Positions 26,279-35,779 of a stretch of 64,000 bases of DNA are shown one piece after another. Made by a program: the position numbers and the translations under genes. The first letter of the stretch is position 1; every line of letters starts with the position of its first letter. A model generated the notes under the pieces. That model had not been told where the DNA came from. It searched no databases and saw only the letters and a program-made list of their open reading frames with translations. The stretch is taken from NCBI GenBank assembly GCA_017539645.1, contig JAFYCM010000001.1:23342-87341 (forward strand), read 5' to 3'. This DNA comes from Bacteroidales bacterium. Its GTDB lineage: Bacteria; Bacteroidota; Bacteroidia; Bacteroidales; Marinilabiliaceae.

Positions 26279-29200
26279 ATGGACGAAAAAACGCCTTCTC
26301 AGCGTCTCTACGAGGAGATAACAGCTACCATAAGTAGCAAAGATGGAGCGCAGCAGATAGTGGAGCGCCTCTGCAACTTGCTGAATACTTATTGCGGGAG
26401 CCGCTCAATGCGCATCAGTTTCGATGGCATGTGGTTTTGTTCCGCCAATTTCGTCAAGACCGACAACTGGCGCAAACGCGTAGAGAGGGTCGATAATGTG
26501 TTTGAATATTATTACGACGACGATGAGTCGCGCTATGATGAGGTTAGCGCCGATGGCTCGCTCGATATAGCTACTCAGCTTGTAATGAGTTACTTGAGCG
26601 GCGAACTTTTGCGTCGTCTTAGCTACATACACCGCGAGCGCAAGAAGGAACTTGCCGCACTGAATCATATCACCAGCATCACCAATCGCGGTCTTTCCAT
26701 TGGCGAGACGCTCAGCCGCATAGCACAGGCAATGCCTACGTCGTGGCAGTATCCGGAGTCGACACGTGTGCGCATCTCGTTTGAAGGGAAAGATTACCTC
26801 AGTGCCGATTTTGCCGAGAGCGCCTGGATGCAGAAGGACTCGTTCGTCACACTCGACGACAAGAAGGGCGTCATTCAAGTCTATTACGTCGACGAGCACC
26901 CGACGGAGTATGATGGCCCGTTTCTCAAGGAAGAAGTTCAGCTTCTTGGCAACATAACCAAGATGGTGAGTGGCTACATAAATAATTACAAAGGCCGCGA
27001 TATTTATAATAATATACAACGCTCCACGGTGGCATCGAATGGCGTGTCGGAGGACTTCCGCAAGACGCTGACGCGAACCAAACAGCCGCTGCAACTCTTC
27101 TTCAACAAGCAGATTATCGAGAAGTATGTCTACCTCGATATGATGAAGTACAAAGTGAAGAACATTCTCTTTGTGGCTACGCTCTACGACGCATTCATAC
27201 TCGAAAACGATGACTCGTTCTTCGAGCAGTTTATGGGCGAAATTTACCAGTACAGCCTCTTCTCGCTTCCGCGCATCACTGGTGTGACGACGTCGACCGA
27301 GGCGCTGGAACTGATGAAAAGCACTCATTTCGACCTCGCCATACTTATGGTCGGCCTCGACGTCGATGCTACGGTGAAACTCAGTGCCGATATAAAAGAA
27401 CGTCAGGCGGAAATGCCTGTCTATCTGCTGCTTAATCAGACGAATAATGTTAAGTATTTCGAGAATTTGGCCGCCACAACGCCATCGATAGACAAGCTGT
27501 TTGTGTGGAGCGGTAACTCGCAAATTCTCTTTTCCATAGTTAAGAGCATAGAGGATAGCGCCAACGTAGAGAACGACACGAAAATTGGTCTCGTGCGCGT
27601 GATTTTGCTTGTCGAAGATTCGCCTATTTACTATTCAAAATATTTACAGATACTCTTCTCGGAAGTCTTCTCACAGATTCAGCAACTTATTGTAGATGAG
27701 CGTAATGAGATAAATAAAATCTCCAAGATGCGTCAGCGTCCGAAGATTCTTCACGCTCGTAACTACGAAGATGCTATGTACATATTCGAGAAGTACAAAG
27801 ACTTCCTTTTGTGCGTCATCTCCGACGTGGAGTTTGAACGCAACGGCAGTGTAAGTACGCGCGCCGGCATCGACCTCGTAAGCTATATGCTCAGCCAGAT
27901 GCCACAGTTGCCAGCCGTGCTTCAAACCGCCGACCTCAGCAACGCTTCTGCTGCCGAGCGCCTTGGTGTGCCGCTGCTCAATAAGCATAGCGACAACCTC
28001 CAGAGCGAACTTATATCGTTCCTCACGAGCCGCCTCGGTTTTGGCGATTTCTACTTCCGCAATCACAACGGCACGCCTCTCGCACAGGCAAAGAGCCTCA
28101 AGGAGTTCGACACCGTGTTCCGAAACTTGCCCAAGGAGTTTTTGTATGAATATGGTAAAGACCACCGCATTTCGTCGTGGCTGATGTCGCGAGGCGAGAT
28201 TCCACTTGCGCGCGCCGTGTTCCCCATCGTCAGCGATGACTATCCCGACCTCGAGGACTACCGCACGGCGATGCTCAACGAACTTACTACCTACACCGCC
28301 AATCGCAGACGCGGCAAACGCATCGTCTACGACGAGATTGATTTGCCCGACGAGAAGAATATCATCACGCTTGCATCGGGTTCGCTTGGAGGCAAAGGAC
28401 GCGGCTTGGCGTTCATCAATACGCTCATTCAGAATATCGATACATCGGAATTCGACGCCGAACTCAACATACGCATACCTATAACGGCGGTGATTGGCAC
28501 CGAAGAGTTTGTGCAGTTTATGGAGCGTGGCAACTTGTGGGTGCGCGTGAACGATGGCACTAAGTACGCCGAACTGCGCCGATTGTTTGCCAAAGTGCCA
28601 CTGTCGGATACGCTGATGAAACGCATCATGCGCTTTGCCGAGCAGATACATAAGCCTATCGCGGTGCGCTCGTCAAGTTTGTCTGAAGATTCTATGAATC
28701 AGCCATTTGCTGGCGTTTTTGATACATACATAGTACCTAACAATAAACCCGACATCGCCGACAACGTTGCCGACATTGCCACGGCCATAAAGATGGTATA
28801 CGTATCTATATATAGCGAGACGTCGCGCGGCTACTTCCAAACCATTCATCGCAATGTAGACGAGGAGAAAATGGCCGTTGTGCTACAAGTACTTGTGGGC
28901 AGCCCACACGAAGATTATTTCTATCCGCACGTCAGCGGCACGGCTCAGAGCTACAACTACTATCCTGTGGCTCACATGCAGCCCGATGAGGGCTTTGCAG
29001 TGGCTGGTTTCGGACTTGGATACTATGTGGTTGGCGGCAGCAAAGCATACCGTTTCTCGCCAGCTTGGCCCAAGATTGACATTTCGTCGACTGCCGACGC
29101 GGTGAAGAACACGCAGGTAGAGTTCCTCGCTCTCGATTTGAAGAAGAATAATATCGACTACGTTGCCGATGGCGAACACGCGCCGCTTGCCACGCTCGAC

Positions 29201-30046
29201 ATCTCGGAGGCTGAGCACCATGGTACTCTGAAGCATTGCGCATCGGTATACAATCCGCAAAACGACACCATAGAGCCAGGCTTGAGTAGCTATGGTCCGC
29301 GTGTGGTCAACTTTGCCAACATACTTAAGTACGACTATGTGCCGCTCGCCAAAGTGCTGTCGATGTTGCTCACCATAACTAAAGAGGCTATGGGTTCGCC
29401 CGTAGAACTCGAATGGGCTGTCGACCTCAACCCCGCTGAGAATGGGCTGCCAAGTTTCTACTTGTTGCAGATGAAGCCTATCATCACCGAACTGCAAAAT
29501 AGCTCCGTGGAGATTGGCGACTACGAGAACGAGCGCACTATACTATATACTACGCAAAGCCTTGGTAATGGCGATGTTAAGAATATTACCGATATTATTT
29601 ATGCCGACCCCGAACTCTTCAACAAGATGGAGACCGAAGAGATGGCGCAAGAGATCGACTATCTGAATAGTAGCATGGCCGCTGTCGACCGCAACTATGT
29701 GCTCATTGGTCCAGGACGTTGGGGCACGCGCGACAAGTTCATAGGTATACCAGTGCAATGGTCGCAAATATCTAAGGCTAAGCTGATAGTGGAGATTAGT
29801 CTGCCTGGCTTCCCGCTCGATTCGTCGCTTGGCTCGCACTTCTTCCACAACGTCACGTCGATGAATATTGGATATGCTTCGGTGCAGGAGTCGTCGGCGA
29901 GCGATTTTGTGCGCTGGAACAACATAACCAAGATGGAACTCGTGGAGCAGACGAAGCACTTCCGCCACGTGCGTTGCGCCACGCCACTCGTAGTGAAGAT
30001 GAACGGAAAAGAGCGCCGCGCCATGGTGGCGTTTAGAGAAAAATAG
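26279..30046 (+). CDS. Multidomain signalling protein: duplicated N-terminal sensor-like modules, a degenerate receiver, a canonical receiver, and a PPDK_N-type (PEP/pyruvate-binding) ATP-grasp domain
   Basis: Two R-[IV]-SF-[DE]-G...S-A-[ND]-F modules at aa ~44-60 and ~173-230. The pseudo-receiver reads NILFVATLYDAF...FDLAILMVGL. The receiver reads VILLVEDSPIYYSKY...LLCVISDVEF...AVLQTA...LLNKHS. ATP-grasp motifs are GSLGGKGRGLAFIN, IAVRSSSLSEDSMNQPFAGVFDTY, MAVVLQVLVG...HVSGTAQSYN and VELEWAVD...FYLLQMKPI. I see no GGxTSHAAI swivel-His motif. Confidence 0.85.
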   Translation: MDEKTPSQRLYEEITATISSKDGAQQIVERLCNLLNTYCGSRSMRISFDGMWFCSANFVKTDNWRKRVERVDNVFEYYYDDDESRYDEVSADGSLDIATQLVMSYLSGELLRRLSYIHRERKKELAALNHITSITNRGLSIGETLSRIAQAMPTSWQYPESTRVRISFEGKDYLSADFAESAWMQKDSFVTLDDKKGVIQVYYVDEHPTEYDGPFLKEEVQLLGNITKMVSGYINNYKGRDIYNNIQRSTVASNGVSEDFRKTLTRTKQPLQLFFNKQIIEKYVYLDMMKYKVKNILFVATLYDAFILENDDSFFEQFMGEIYQYSLFSLPRITGVTTSTEALELMKSTHFDLAILMVGLDVDATVKLSADIKERQAEMPVYLLLNQTNNVKYFENLAATTPSIDKLFVWSGNSQILFSIVKSIEDSANVENDTKIGLVRVILLVEDSPIYYSKYLQILFSEVFSQIQQLIVDERNEINKISKMRQRPKILHARNYEDAMYIFEKYKDFLLCVISDVEFERNGSVSTRAGIDLVSYMLSQMPQLPAVLQTADLSNASAAERLGVPLLNKHSDNLQSELISFLTSRLGFGDFYFRNHNGTPLAQAKSLKEFDTVFRNLPKEFLYEYGKDHRISSWLMSRGEIPLARAVFPIVSDDYPDLEDYRTAMLNELTTYTANRRRGKRIVYDEIDLPDEKNIITLASGSLGGKGRGLAFINTLIQNIDTSEFDAELNIRIPITAVIGTEEFVQFMERGNLWVRVNDGTKYAELRRLFAKVPLSDTLMKRIMRFAEQIHKPIAVRSSSLSEDSMNQPFAGVFDTYIVPNNKPDIADNVADIATAIKMVYVSIYSETSRGYFQTIHRNVDEEKMAVVLQVLVGSPHEDYFYPHVSGTAQSYNYYPVAHMQPDEGFAVAGFGLGYYVVGGSKAYRFSPAWPKIDISSTADAVKNTQVEFLALDLKKNNIDYVADGEHAPLATLDISEAEHHGTLKHCASVYNPQNDTIEPGLSSYGPRVVNFANILKYDYVPLAKVLSMLLTITKEAMGSPVELEWAVDLNPAENGLPSFYLLQMKPIITELQNSSVEIGDYENERTILYTTQSLGNGDVKNITDIIYADPELFNKMETEEMAQEIDYLNSSMAAVDRNYVLIGPGRWGTRDKFIGIPVQWSQISKAKLIVEISLPGFPLDSSLGSHFFHNVTSMNIGYASVQESSASDFVRWNNITKMELVEQTKHFRHVRCATPLVVKMNGKERRAMVAFREK

Positions 30047-30148
30047 GGCGATAATAAATATGGTTGGTGCAAAAGTGAAAACGCGCGGATAACAATTGTC
30101 TATTGTAACTGAAACATATACATTCGTTTTTAGCACGCTAAAACCAAT

Positions 30149-33100
30149 ATGAACCTCAAAAAATATATAACGAGAATCAACTTCGCATTAGCTGCGCTAC
30201 TAAGCATTGTGTGCTGTAGCAGTGCCTACGCTCAATCTGTATATAGCGATATAAACATAGAAAACTACACTCCAAACTTTGAGTTAATCAATAGTGGTTT
30301 AGTGTCGAAAAACATCAGATGTCTTGCAGAAGATCGCGATGGCTACATTTGGTTAGGTACGTTAAATGGTATGGCTCGCTATGATGGCATAGATATGCTT
30401 ACCTTCTTCACTACCGATGTTGTGCGCCCTTCGAAAACGGGACGTTCAAGTAATCTAATAAATCGCATTTATTATGACGAGCAGGACAATAATGTTTATG
30501 GATTGTTCTTGAATAAGCCCCAGATTGCTATTATCGACCTTGATACGTATGAACAACGTTTGCTTGCATACGATTTGCATGATACTACTTCTAATGTCAT
30601 ACAATCTAACGTTATAATAAGTAGTGTATATAACTATAACGATTCACTTCTACTCGGTATTTGCAGAGGAAATATTTACCTGATAAATAAAAATAATGGA
30701 CACACAACTTTTGCATATAAATGTGAGAATACGAAAGGTTGGGTTGCTTCGGAATTTATAGAGCGAGAGAATACTATCTACTGTATTGCTGGAGAAAAAC
30801 TGCAAGCCATATCGCGAGGATATGCTCCGCACGAGCTCTCTGTAAAGGGCGTAAAGACAACAGATAGGTTGAAAGGTCTTTGTGAGTATTCTGATAGTTC
30901 AGTGTTATTACTTTCTATGTATAACCAAACATATTCGATCTACGAATATGTATTTGAAACAAAAACAACGAGTCATATTTTTAGTAGCGAGGGCATTCCA
31001 TATAGTGTTATTGCTGATGGCGATATTATTAGAGTTGTTACATCTAAAAATTTGCAAATATTCGATAAACGCAACAATGGTATATATATATACAACACCA
31101 TAAATAGCAACCTCATTGATAATGGACTTTCGTATGGTATAAGGTCAAAACATCAACCAATATATTGGTATGGCTCTGATGAGGGACTAATAAAAGAGAA
31201 CTACTACTTGAGTAAGCTTAAGTTGTTCGACATGCGACGCATTTCGGAATCAGTCGCATGTGATGTGTACTCTGTATATAAAGATAGAAACGGCGATTTA
31301 TGGGGATGGTGTATCGATGGATTATTCCGGAAAAAGCCTGGCGAGTATCTTATGAAGAAATACGACTACAGCCAATTTAATATCGGTAAGGCGTTTCTAT
31401 CAAGCACTATTGAAGATTCGGTACATAATCAACTCTATTTCTGCTATTACAATGCCGTGGTTGTACACGATCTGCAGACGGATGAGGATAAAATACTTAC
31501 AAAATCTCGCGTAGATAAGAGTAGGTTCTTAGGTGCAAAAATGCTCAGTGATCATCGAATTTTATTTGTCGGCACTCAAGAGCTTACGTATTACGATACA
31601 CAAAGACACACAATAACATACGATGACGTGTTGTATAATTATCCAAGTAAAGAGGTAGAACTGATATCCTTCGATATAGAAGGAGACTCTATTATGTGGC
31701 TATGCAACAAAGGAGATATATTGAAGTATAATCTAAATACAAAAGAACTCCAAAAGGTACTTAATGTTATGCCTGCAGGAAGTGGAGATGCTTTACGTTA
31801 CGCGTATCGTAATGGTATTAGAGAACTATGGTTAGCTACATCGAGTGATGGCTTAATTTATATATTACCAGATATAGGCAAATTCAAGCACATCGATTAT
31901 TCTCAGTACACGCTTGGCAGTGTGCATAGTATAGAAATAGATAAAGACGAAAATGTGTGGGTAGCTTGTGCTGATGCTATTGTATGTATAAACAACAAAA
32001 ATGGTAATACCTATGAATTTCCTCCTGTAAGATATGGATATAGCACTCTATTTAGGAAGAATTCGAGTTCGCAATCGTTAGATGGTCAGCTGTTTTTTGG
32101 CGGTACAAATACTATTTTGCAAGTAAATCCGCAAGAGTTTGCCACCAATAAGTATTCTCCTAAGCCAATTGTTACCTCTTATAGGTATGTAAACGCAACA
32201 AACTACTACTACGACCACATCATTCAGCGCGATAATATCTGCACGTCGGACACTATTGTTGTGCCCAAAGGCATTCGCTCTTTGATACTCAATATTCACG
32301 TTCTCAACTACGATGACCCGAAGAATAATAAAATGGCGTGGCGACAAAAGAGTGATGACCCATGGCAAGTGGCTTCGGCGAGTGTGCCATTTGTGTTGAC
32401 GGAATTGTCGTATGGCCACAATAGCATCGAGTTTGCCACTATCAACGAGACTGGTTTCCCGTCGAAGGAAGTGCTGAAAATATGGGTGAAGAAAGAGGTG
32501 TTCATATACGAGAATCCACTATTTCAAGGCTTTGTTGTCATATTTATAATAGTGATGGTATACTTAGCCCTCTATCTGCACTCGCAAAAAGTAAAACGCG
32601 ACAAATTGACTTTGCAGCAAGAGGTGAAGGAGCAAGCCGGATTGATAATAGACGCAAACGAAAAACTCAAGCAGAGCCAGCAGTTGATAGAGCAGCGCAA
32701 CAAAGAGTTGCAACGTTCGCACGACGACCTCGAGCGTGAAGTGCAGCAGCGCACCGAAGAACTCAATCAAGCGCTTATGAAGGCCGAAGAGAATAGTAAA
32801 CTCAAGTCGGCATTCCTCGCTAACCTATCGCACGAGGTGCGCACGCCAATGAACTGCATCGTGGGATTCTCGAAACTTTTGGCCGATCCGCTCTGCACCC
32901 GCGCTGACCAATTGGAGTTCTCGCAATTGATACAAGATAGTAGCAAAAGCCTAATGACGCTCATTAGCGATCTGCTCGACGTGTCGAGAATAGAATCTGG
33001 GCAGTTGCGCGTCAACTTCGACAAGTTCGACGTCAGCAAAGCGCTCGAGAATGTATACAAAGCGCTTATTGTTGAGCGTAAGTATCAAGATGTTGCATTC

Positions 33101-33535
33101 GAGCTACTTATGGACGATGCTGTTGATGGCCTCATCATCAATTCGGACTACGAGCGCTTCCGCCAAATAATTATAAATATCACCTACAATGCCTTCAAAT
33201 TCACCAAAGAAGGCCACGTGACCATATCGGCTGCAGTGACCACTGCCAACCAGCTGCGCCGTAAATATTTTTACCCCATTTCGGCTCCCGACGTAACTAT
33301 AAAATCGAAGTTGCTAATTGTCTCCATAGAGGACACTGGCATTGGTGTGCCAAGCGACAAGATGGACGAAATTTTTGAGCCATTCCGCAAGCTTAGCAAC
33401 AACAAGACTCACTACCCAGGTTTGGGCTTAGGCTTGAACATTGTGAAGAACCTTATGAAGCACCTTCACGGCGAAATTTGGTTGACTTCGGAGCTAAACA
33501 AGGGAACTACATTCTATTTCTATTTACCGATATAA
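30149..33535 (+). CDS. Sensor histidine kinase with periplasmic beta-propeller/Y_Y_Y sensor and no receiver domain
   Basis: Signal/TM at the N-terminus. Propeller motifs (IRCLAEDRDGYIWLGTLNGMARYDG). TM FQGFVVIFIIVMVYLALYLH, then a coiled coil. H-box FLANLSHEVRTPMNCIVGF. HATPase motifs (NAFKFT, IEDTGIGVP, GLGLGLNIV). The protein ends right after the G2 box. Confidence 0.88.
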   Translation: MNLKKYITRINFALAALLSIVCCSSAYAQSVYSDINIENYTPNFELINSGLVSKNIRCLAEDRDGYIWLGTLNGMARYDGIDMLTFFTTDVVRPSKTGRSSNLINRIYYDEQDNNVYGLFLNKPQIAIIDLDTYEQRLLAYDLHDTTSNVIQSNVIISSVYNYNDSLLLGICRGNIYLINKNNGHTTFAYKCENTKGWVASEFIERENTIYCIAGEKLQAISRGYAPHELSVKGVKTTDRLKGLCEYSDSSVLLLSMYNQTYSIYEYVFETKTTSHIFSSEGIPYSVIADGDIIRVVTSKNLQIFDKRNNGIYIYNTINSNLIDNGLSYGIRSKHQPIYWYGSDEGLIKENYYLSKLKLFDMRRISESVACDVYSVYKDRNGDLWGWCIDGLFRKKPGEYLMKKYDYSQFNIGKAFLSSTIEDSVHNQLYFCYYNAVVVHDLQTDEDKILTKSRVDKSRFLGAKMLSDHRILFVGTQELTYYDTQRHTITYDDVLYNYPSKEVELISFDIEGDSIMWLCNKGDILKYNLNTKELQKVLNVMPAGSGDALRYAYRNGIRELWLATSSDGLIYILPDIGKFKHIDYSQYTLGSVHSIEIDKDENVWVACADAIVCINNKNGNTYEFPPVRYGYSTLFRKNSSSQSLDGQLFFGGTNTILQVNPQEFATNKYSPKPIVTSYRYVNATNYYYDHIIQRDNICTSDTIVVPKGIRSLILNIHVLNYDDPKNNKMAWRQKSDDPWQVASASVPFVLTELSYGHNSIEFATINETGFPSKEVLKIWVKKEVFIYENPLFQGFVVIFIIVMVYLALYLHSQKVKRDKLTLQQEVKEQAGLIIDANEKLKQSQQLIEQRNKELQRSHDDLEREVQQRTEELNQALMKAEENSKLKSAFLANLSHEVRTPMNCIVGFSKLLADPLCTRADQLEFSQLIQDSSKSLMTLISDLLDVSRIESGQLRVNFDKFDVSKALENVYKALIVERKYQDVAFELLMDDAVDGLIINSDYERFRQIIINITYNAFKFTKEGHVTISAAVTTANQLRRKYFYPISAPDVTIKSKLLIVSIEDTGIGVPSDKMDEIFEPFRKLSNNKTHYPGLGLGLNIVKNLMKHLHGEIWLTSELNKGTTFYFYLPI

Positions 33536-33585
33536 AAGAATGCCTCTGTGTGTATTTATTCAACAGTTGATAATAAAATAAAGAA

Positions 33586-34368
33586 ATGAACTATTTCCTC
33601 CTTCGTGCGACCCTACGACACTTCTTTTGGGCTAAATTTTGGAACGGTCACAGCGTGCAAAGTCCATTCGTGTACGATTTTGTGCGTCATGTGGTATCGC
33701 GCAAAGCTAACGATGATATGGTTGCTTTGAATTTTGCTCGCGGTTATCGTAAATCGATTCTTGCCAACAACGACATTATAGATATAAAAGACCTTGGTAC
33801 AGGTCACGACCGCCAAGAACGCATATCCGACATTGCCAAGAAGTCGTCAATTCCCGACAAATGTGGTCGTTTGCTCATGCGAATGGTTGAGCATTACAAA
33901 CCATATCATATTGTTGAATTGGGTACGTCGGTCGGCATAAGCACGGCCTATTTAGCTGCTCACAAAATAGGTGTGATTTTCACTATAGAGGGCAACAAAT
34001 CGTCGTCGGAAGTAGCGCAAAATACATTAAGAGAATCGAAGGTAGATAATGTGGTTTTCTTCAATGGAGATTTCGACGATTGCTTGTCGCAGATGATGGA
34101 TAATATCATAGCGCCAAATCTCTTTTTTGTCGATGGTAATCATACCTACGAGGCTACGATGCGCTACTTCAACATAATAGCACAAAAAGCGGTGGCAAAC
34201 AAAACCATAATTGTATTCGACGACATACATTGGAGTGCAGGAATGCAGCGCGCATGGAACGAAATTTCAGCCGACGATAGAGTGGCTACTTCCATCGATT
34301 TGCTTCGCATGGGTGTGGTGTTCTTCCGTAGCGGTTGCCCCAAAGAGCATTATTGCGTTCGTTGGTGA
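33586..34368 (+). CDS. Class I SAM-dependent methyltransferase (Methyltransf_24 / O-methyltransferase-like)
   Basis: Motif I IVELGTSVGISTAYLA, acidic post-I TIEGN, and FFVDGNHTYEAT, typical of this subfamily. Confidence 0.8.
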   Translation: MNYFLLRATLRHFFWAKFWNGHSVQSPFVYDFVRHVVSRKANDDMVALNFARGYRKSILANNDIIDIKDLGTGHDRQERISDIAKKSSIPDKCGRLLMRMVEHYKPYHIVELGTSVGISTAYLAAHKIGVIFTIEGNKSSSEVAQNTLRESKVDNVVFFNGDFDDCLSQMMDNIIAPNLFFVDGNHTYEATMRYFNIIAQKAVANKTIIVFDDIHWSAGMQRAWNEISADDRVATSIDLLRMGVVFFRSGCPKEHYCVRW

Positions 34369-34717
34369 TGGCGGTGAGACAAGTGGTAAAATAAAAACGA
34401 GAGCCCAACAATCAACTGCTCGGCCCTCGTATGTAGTTAACACAACAAAAAACTGCAGAACCGTTGTTCTCGCAATTCACAAACGAAACAAACTAATATT
34501 GAGAATAGATTTTGCTATTCTCTGGTCTTTTTACAAGTGCAAACATACTTAACGTCACATTGTTAGATGGGGGCATTTTGAACGAAAAAGGTGTATTTCA
34601 AAGTATATAAAGGGCGATAAATTGTCATTTTGACACCATGTAGCCCGTCATTCTGTCTACTTTGATAATTTTTGAGGGCAATTTTGTTTATTTCGTGCTC
34701 GCTATAACGTGTAGTAT

Positions 34718-35698
34718 TTGTACATAGTGGAACGTATTACAGCAAACGTGGTAAATATTCTCGCTGTGCAGCAGATTCGCGGCATTGGCGCGGCGTGGGT
34801 GGCAAAGCACATCAAAGGCGGCGAGTCGTGTGGTTTGATAGTGGATATGGTAAATCACACGTGCAAATCTAAAGTCGTCAGTGTGCAGGCCTTCACCGCT
34901 CGGCGCGAACGAGTGCTACGTATGCTTGAACGCGAGTCTGCTTCGTTCGATAGTGCTATGGCGTTTTGCGATGCCGATTGGTCGCATTTCACAGCTAATG
35001 TGCGTGGCGCTCAGCAACCGTTAATTCTTTTTTGTCGTGGCAATGCTGATTTATTGCGTGGTATATGTACGAATGTTGCCGTTATAGGTACGCAAGCACC
35101 CGAATCCGACAGCGTTGAATTTGAGCACAATTTGGTGGAGCGTCTGTCAAGGTGCGGCGTATGCATTGTTAGCGGTTTGGCTTATGGCTGCGACGCTGTG
35201 GCTCACTCGACAGCTGTCGACAATGGCGCTCCAACGATTGCATTTCTACCAAGTCAGCTGAGCAATATTATGCCTGTCGGCAATCGTGATTTGGCTGAAC
35301 AGATAGTTGCAAACGGTGGTTTGCTTGTGTCTGAATATTATAATGAACCCGAAAATCGCTACGACCTAAATGGCCGCTATGCCGAGCGTGATAGGCTGCA
35401 AGCAATGTTTTCTGGCGCGGTGGTGCTTGCATCTGGTTTTGAGAAGAAAGATGGATATGCCGCTGGCTCACGACTTGCTATGCGCTATGCCAATGAATTT
35501 GGGCGTTTGCGAGCAGTCGTATATGATGAGGCGCTTCACTCTGTGCGCAAAGATTTCGGATTGAATAAAGAACTTGCCTCTTCTGATAGTAGCGTAATTA
35601 CTATTGATTCGCAAAATGTTGATGCTGCCATCGAACGCATTCTGCGCGCTTGCCATAAAAATATTGGCACTCCTCAGCAACTTGAAATGCCGCTATAG
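34718..35698 (+). CDS. Divergent DprA/Smf-like (SLOG/Rossmann) DNA-processing protein paralog
   Basis: N-terminal HhH/SAM-like LAVQQIRGIGAAWVAK. Core VAVIGTQAPES...LVERLSRCGVCIVSGLAYGCDAVAHSTAV..GAPTIAFLPS...GGLLVSEY...RYAERDRLQAMFSGAVVLAS follows the DprA motif order but with many substitutions. The track start is a TTG, so the true start is uncertain. Confidence 0.65.
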   Translation: MYIVERITANVVNILAVQQIRGIGAAWVAKHIKGGESCGLIVDMVNHTCKSKVVSVQAFTARRERVLRMLERESASFDSAMAFCDADWSHFTANVRGAQQPLILFCRGNADLLRGICTNVAVIGTQAPESDSVEFEHNLVERLSRCGVCIVSGLAYGCDAVAHSTAVDNGAPTIAFLPSQLSNIMPVGNRDLAEQIVANGGLLVSEYYNEPENRYDLNGRYAERDRLQAMFSGAVVLASGFEKKDGYAAGSRLAMRYANEFGRLRAVVYDEALHSVRKDFGLNKELASSDSSVITIDSQNVDAAIERILRACHKNIGTPQQLEMPL

Positions 35699-35779
35699 CT
35701 CTCAACTCTATGTACATATAAACAAAAAACCTTGACCGTTTCCACGATCAAGGTTCGTCTCTTTTCGAAGCGTTTCAGA

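Noticed and set aside
26405-28651. Minus-strand ORFs 26405-27523 (372 aa) and 27671-28651 (326 aa)
   Set aside because: They are antisense to the 1255-aa receiver/ATP-grasp protein and have no motifs. The plus-strand frame is continuous and motif-rich.
34211-34552. 113-aa ORF overlapping the methyltransferase 3' end
   Set aside because: It is out of frame with a well-supported CDS and extends across terminator-like hairpins, so it is unlikely to be coding.
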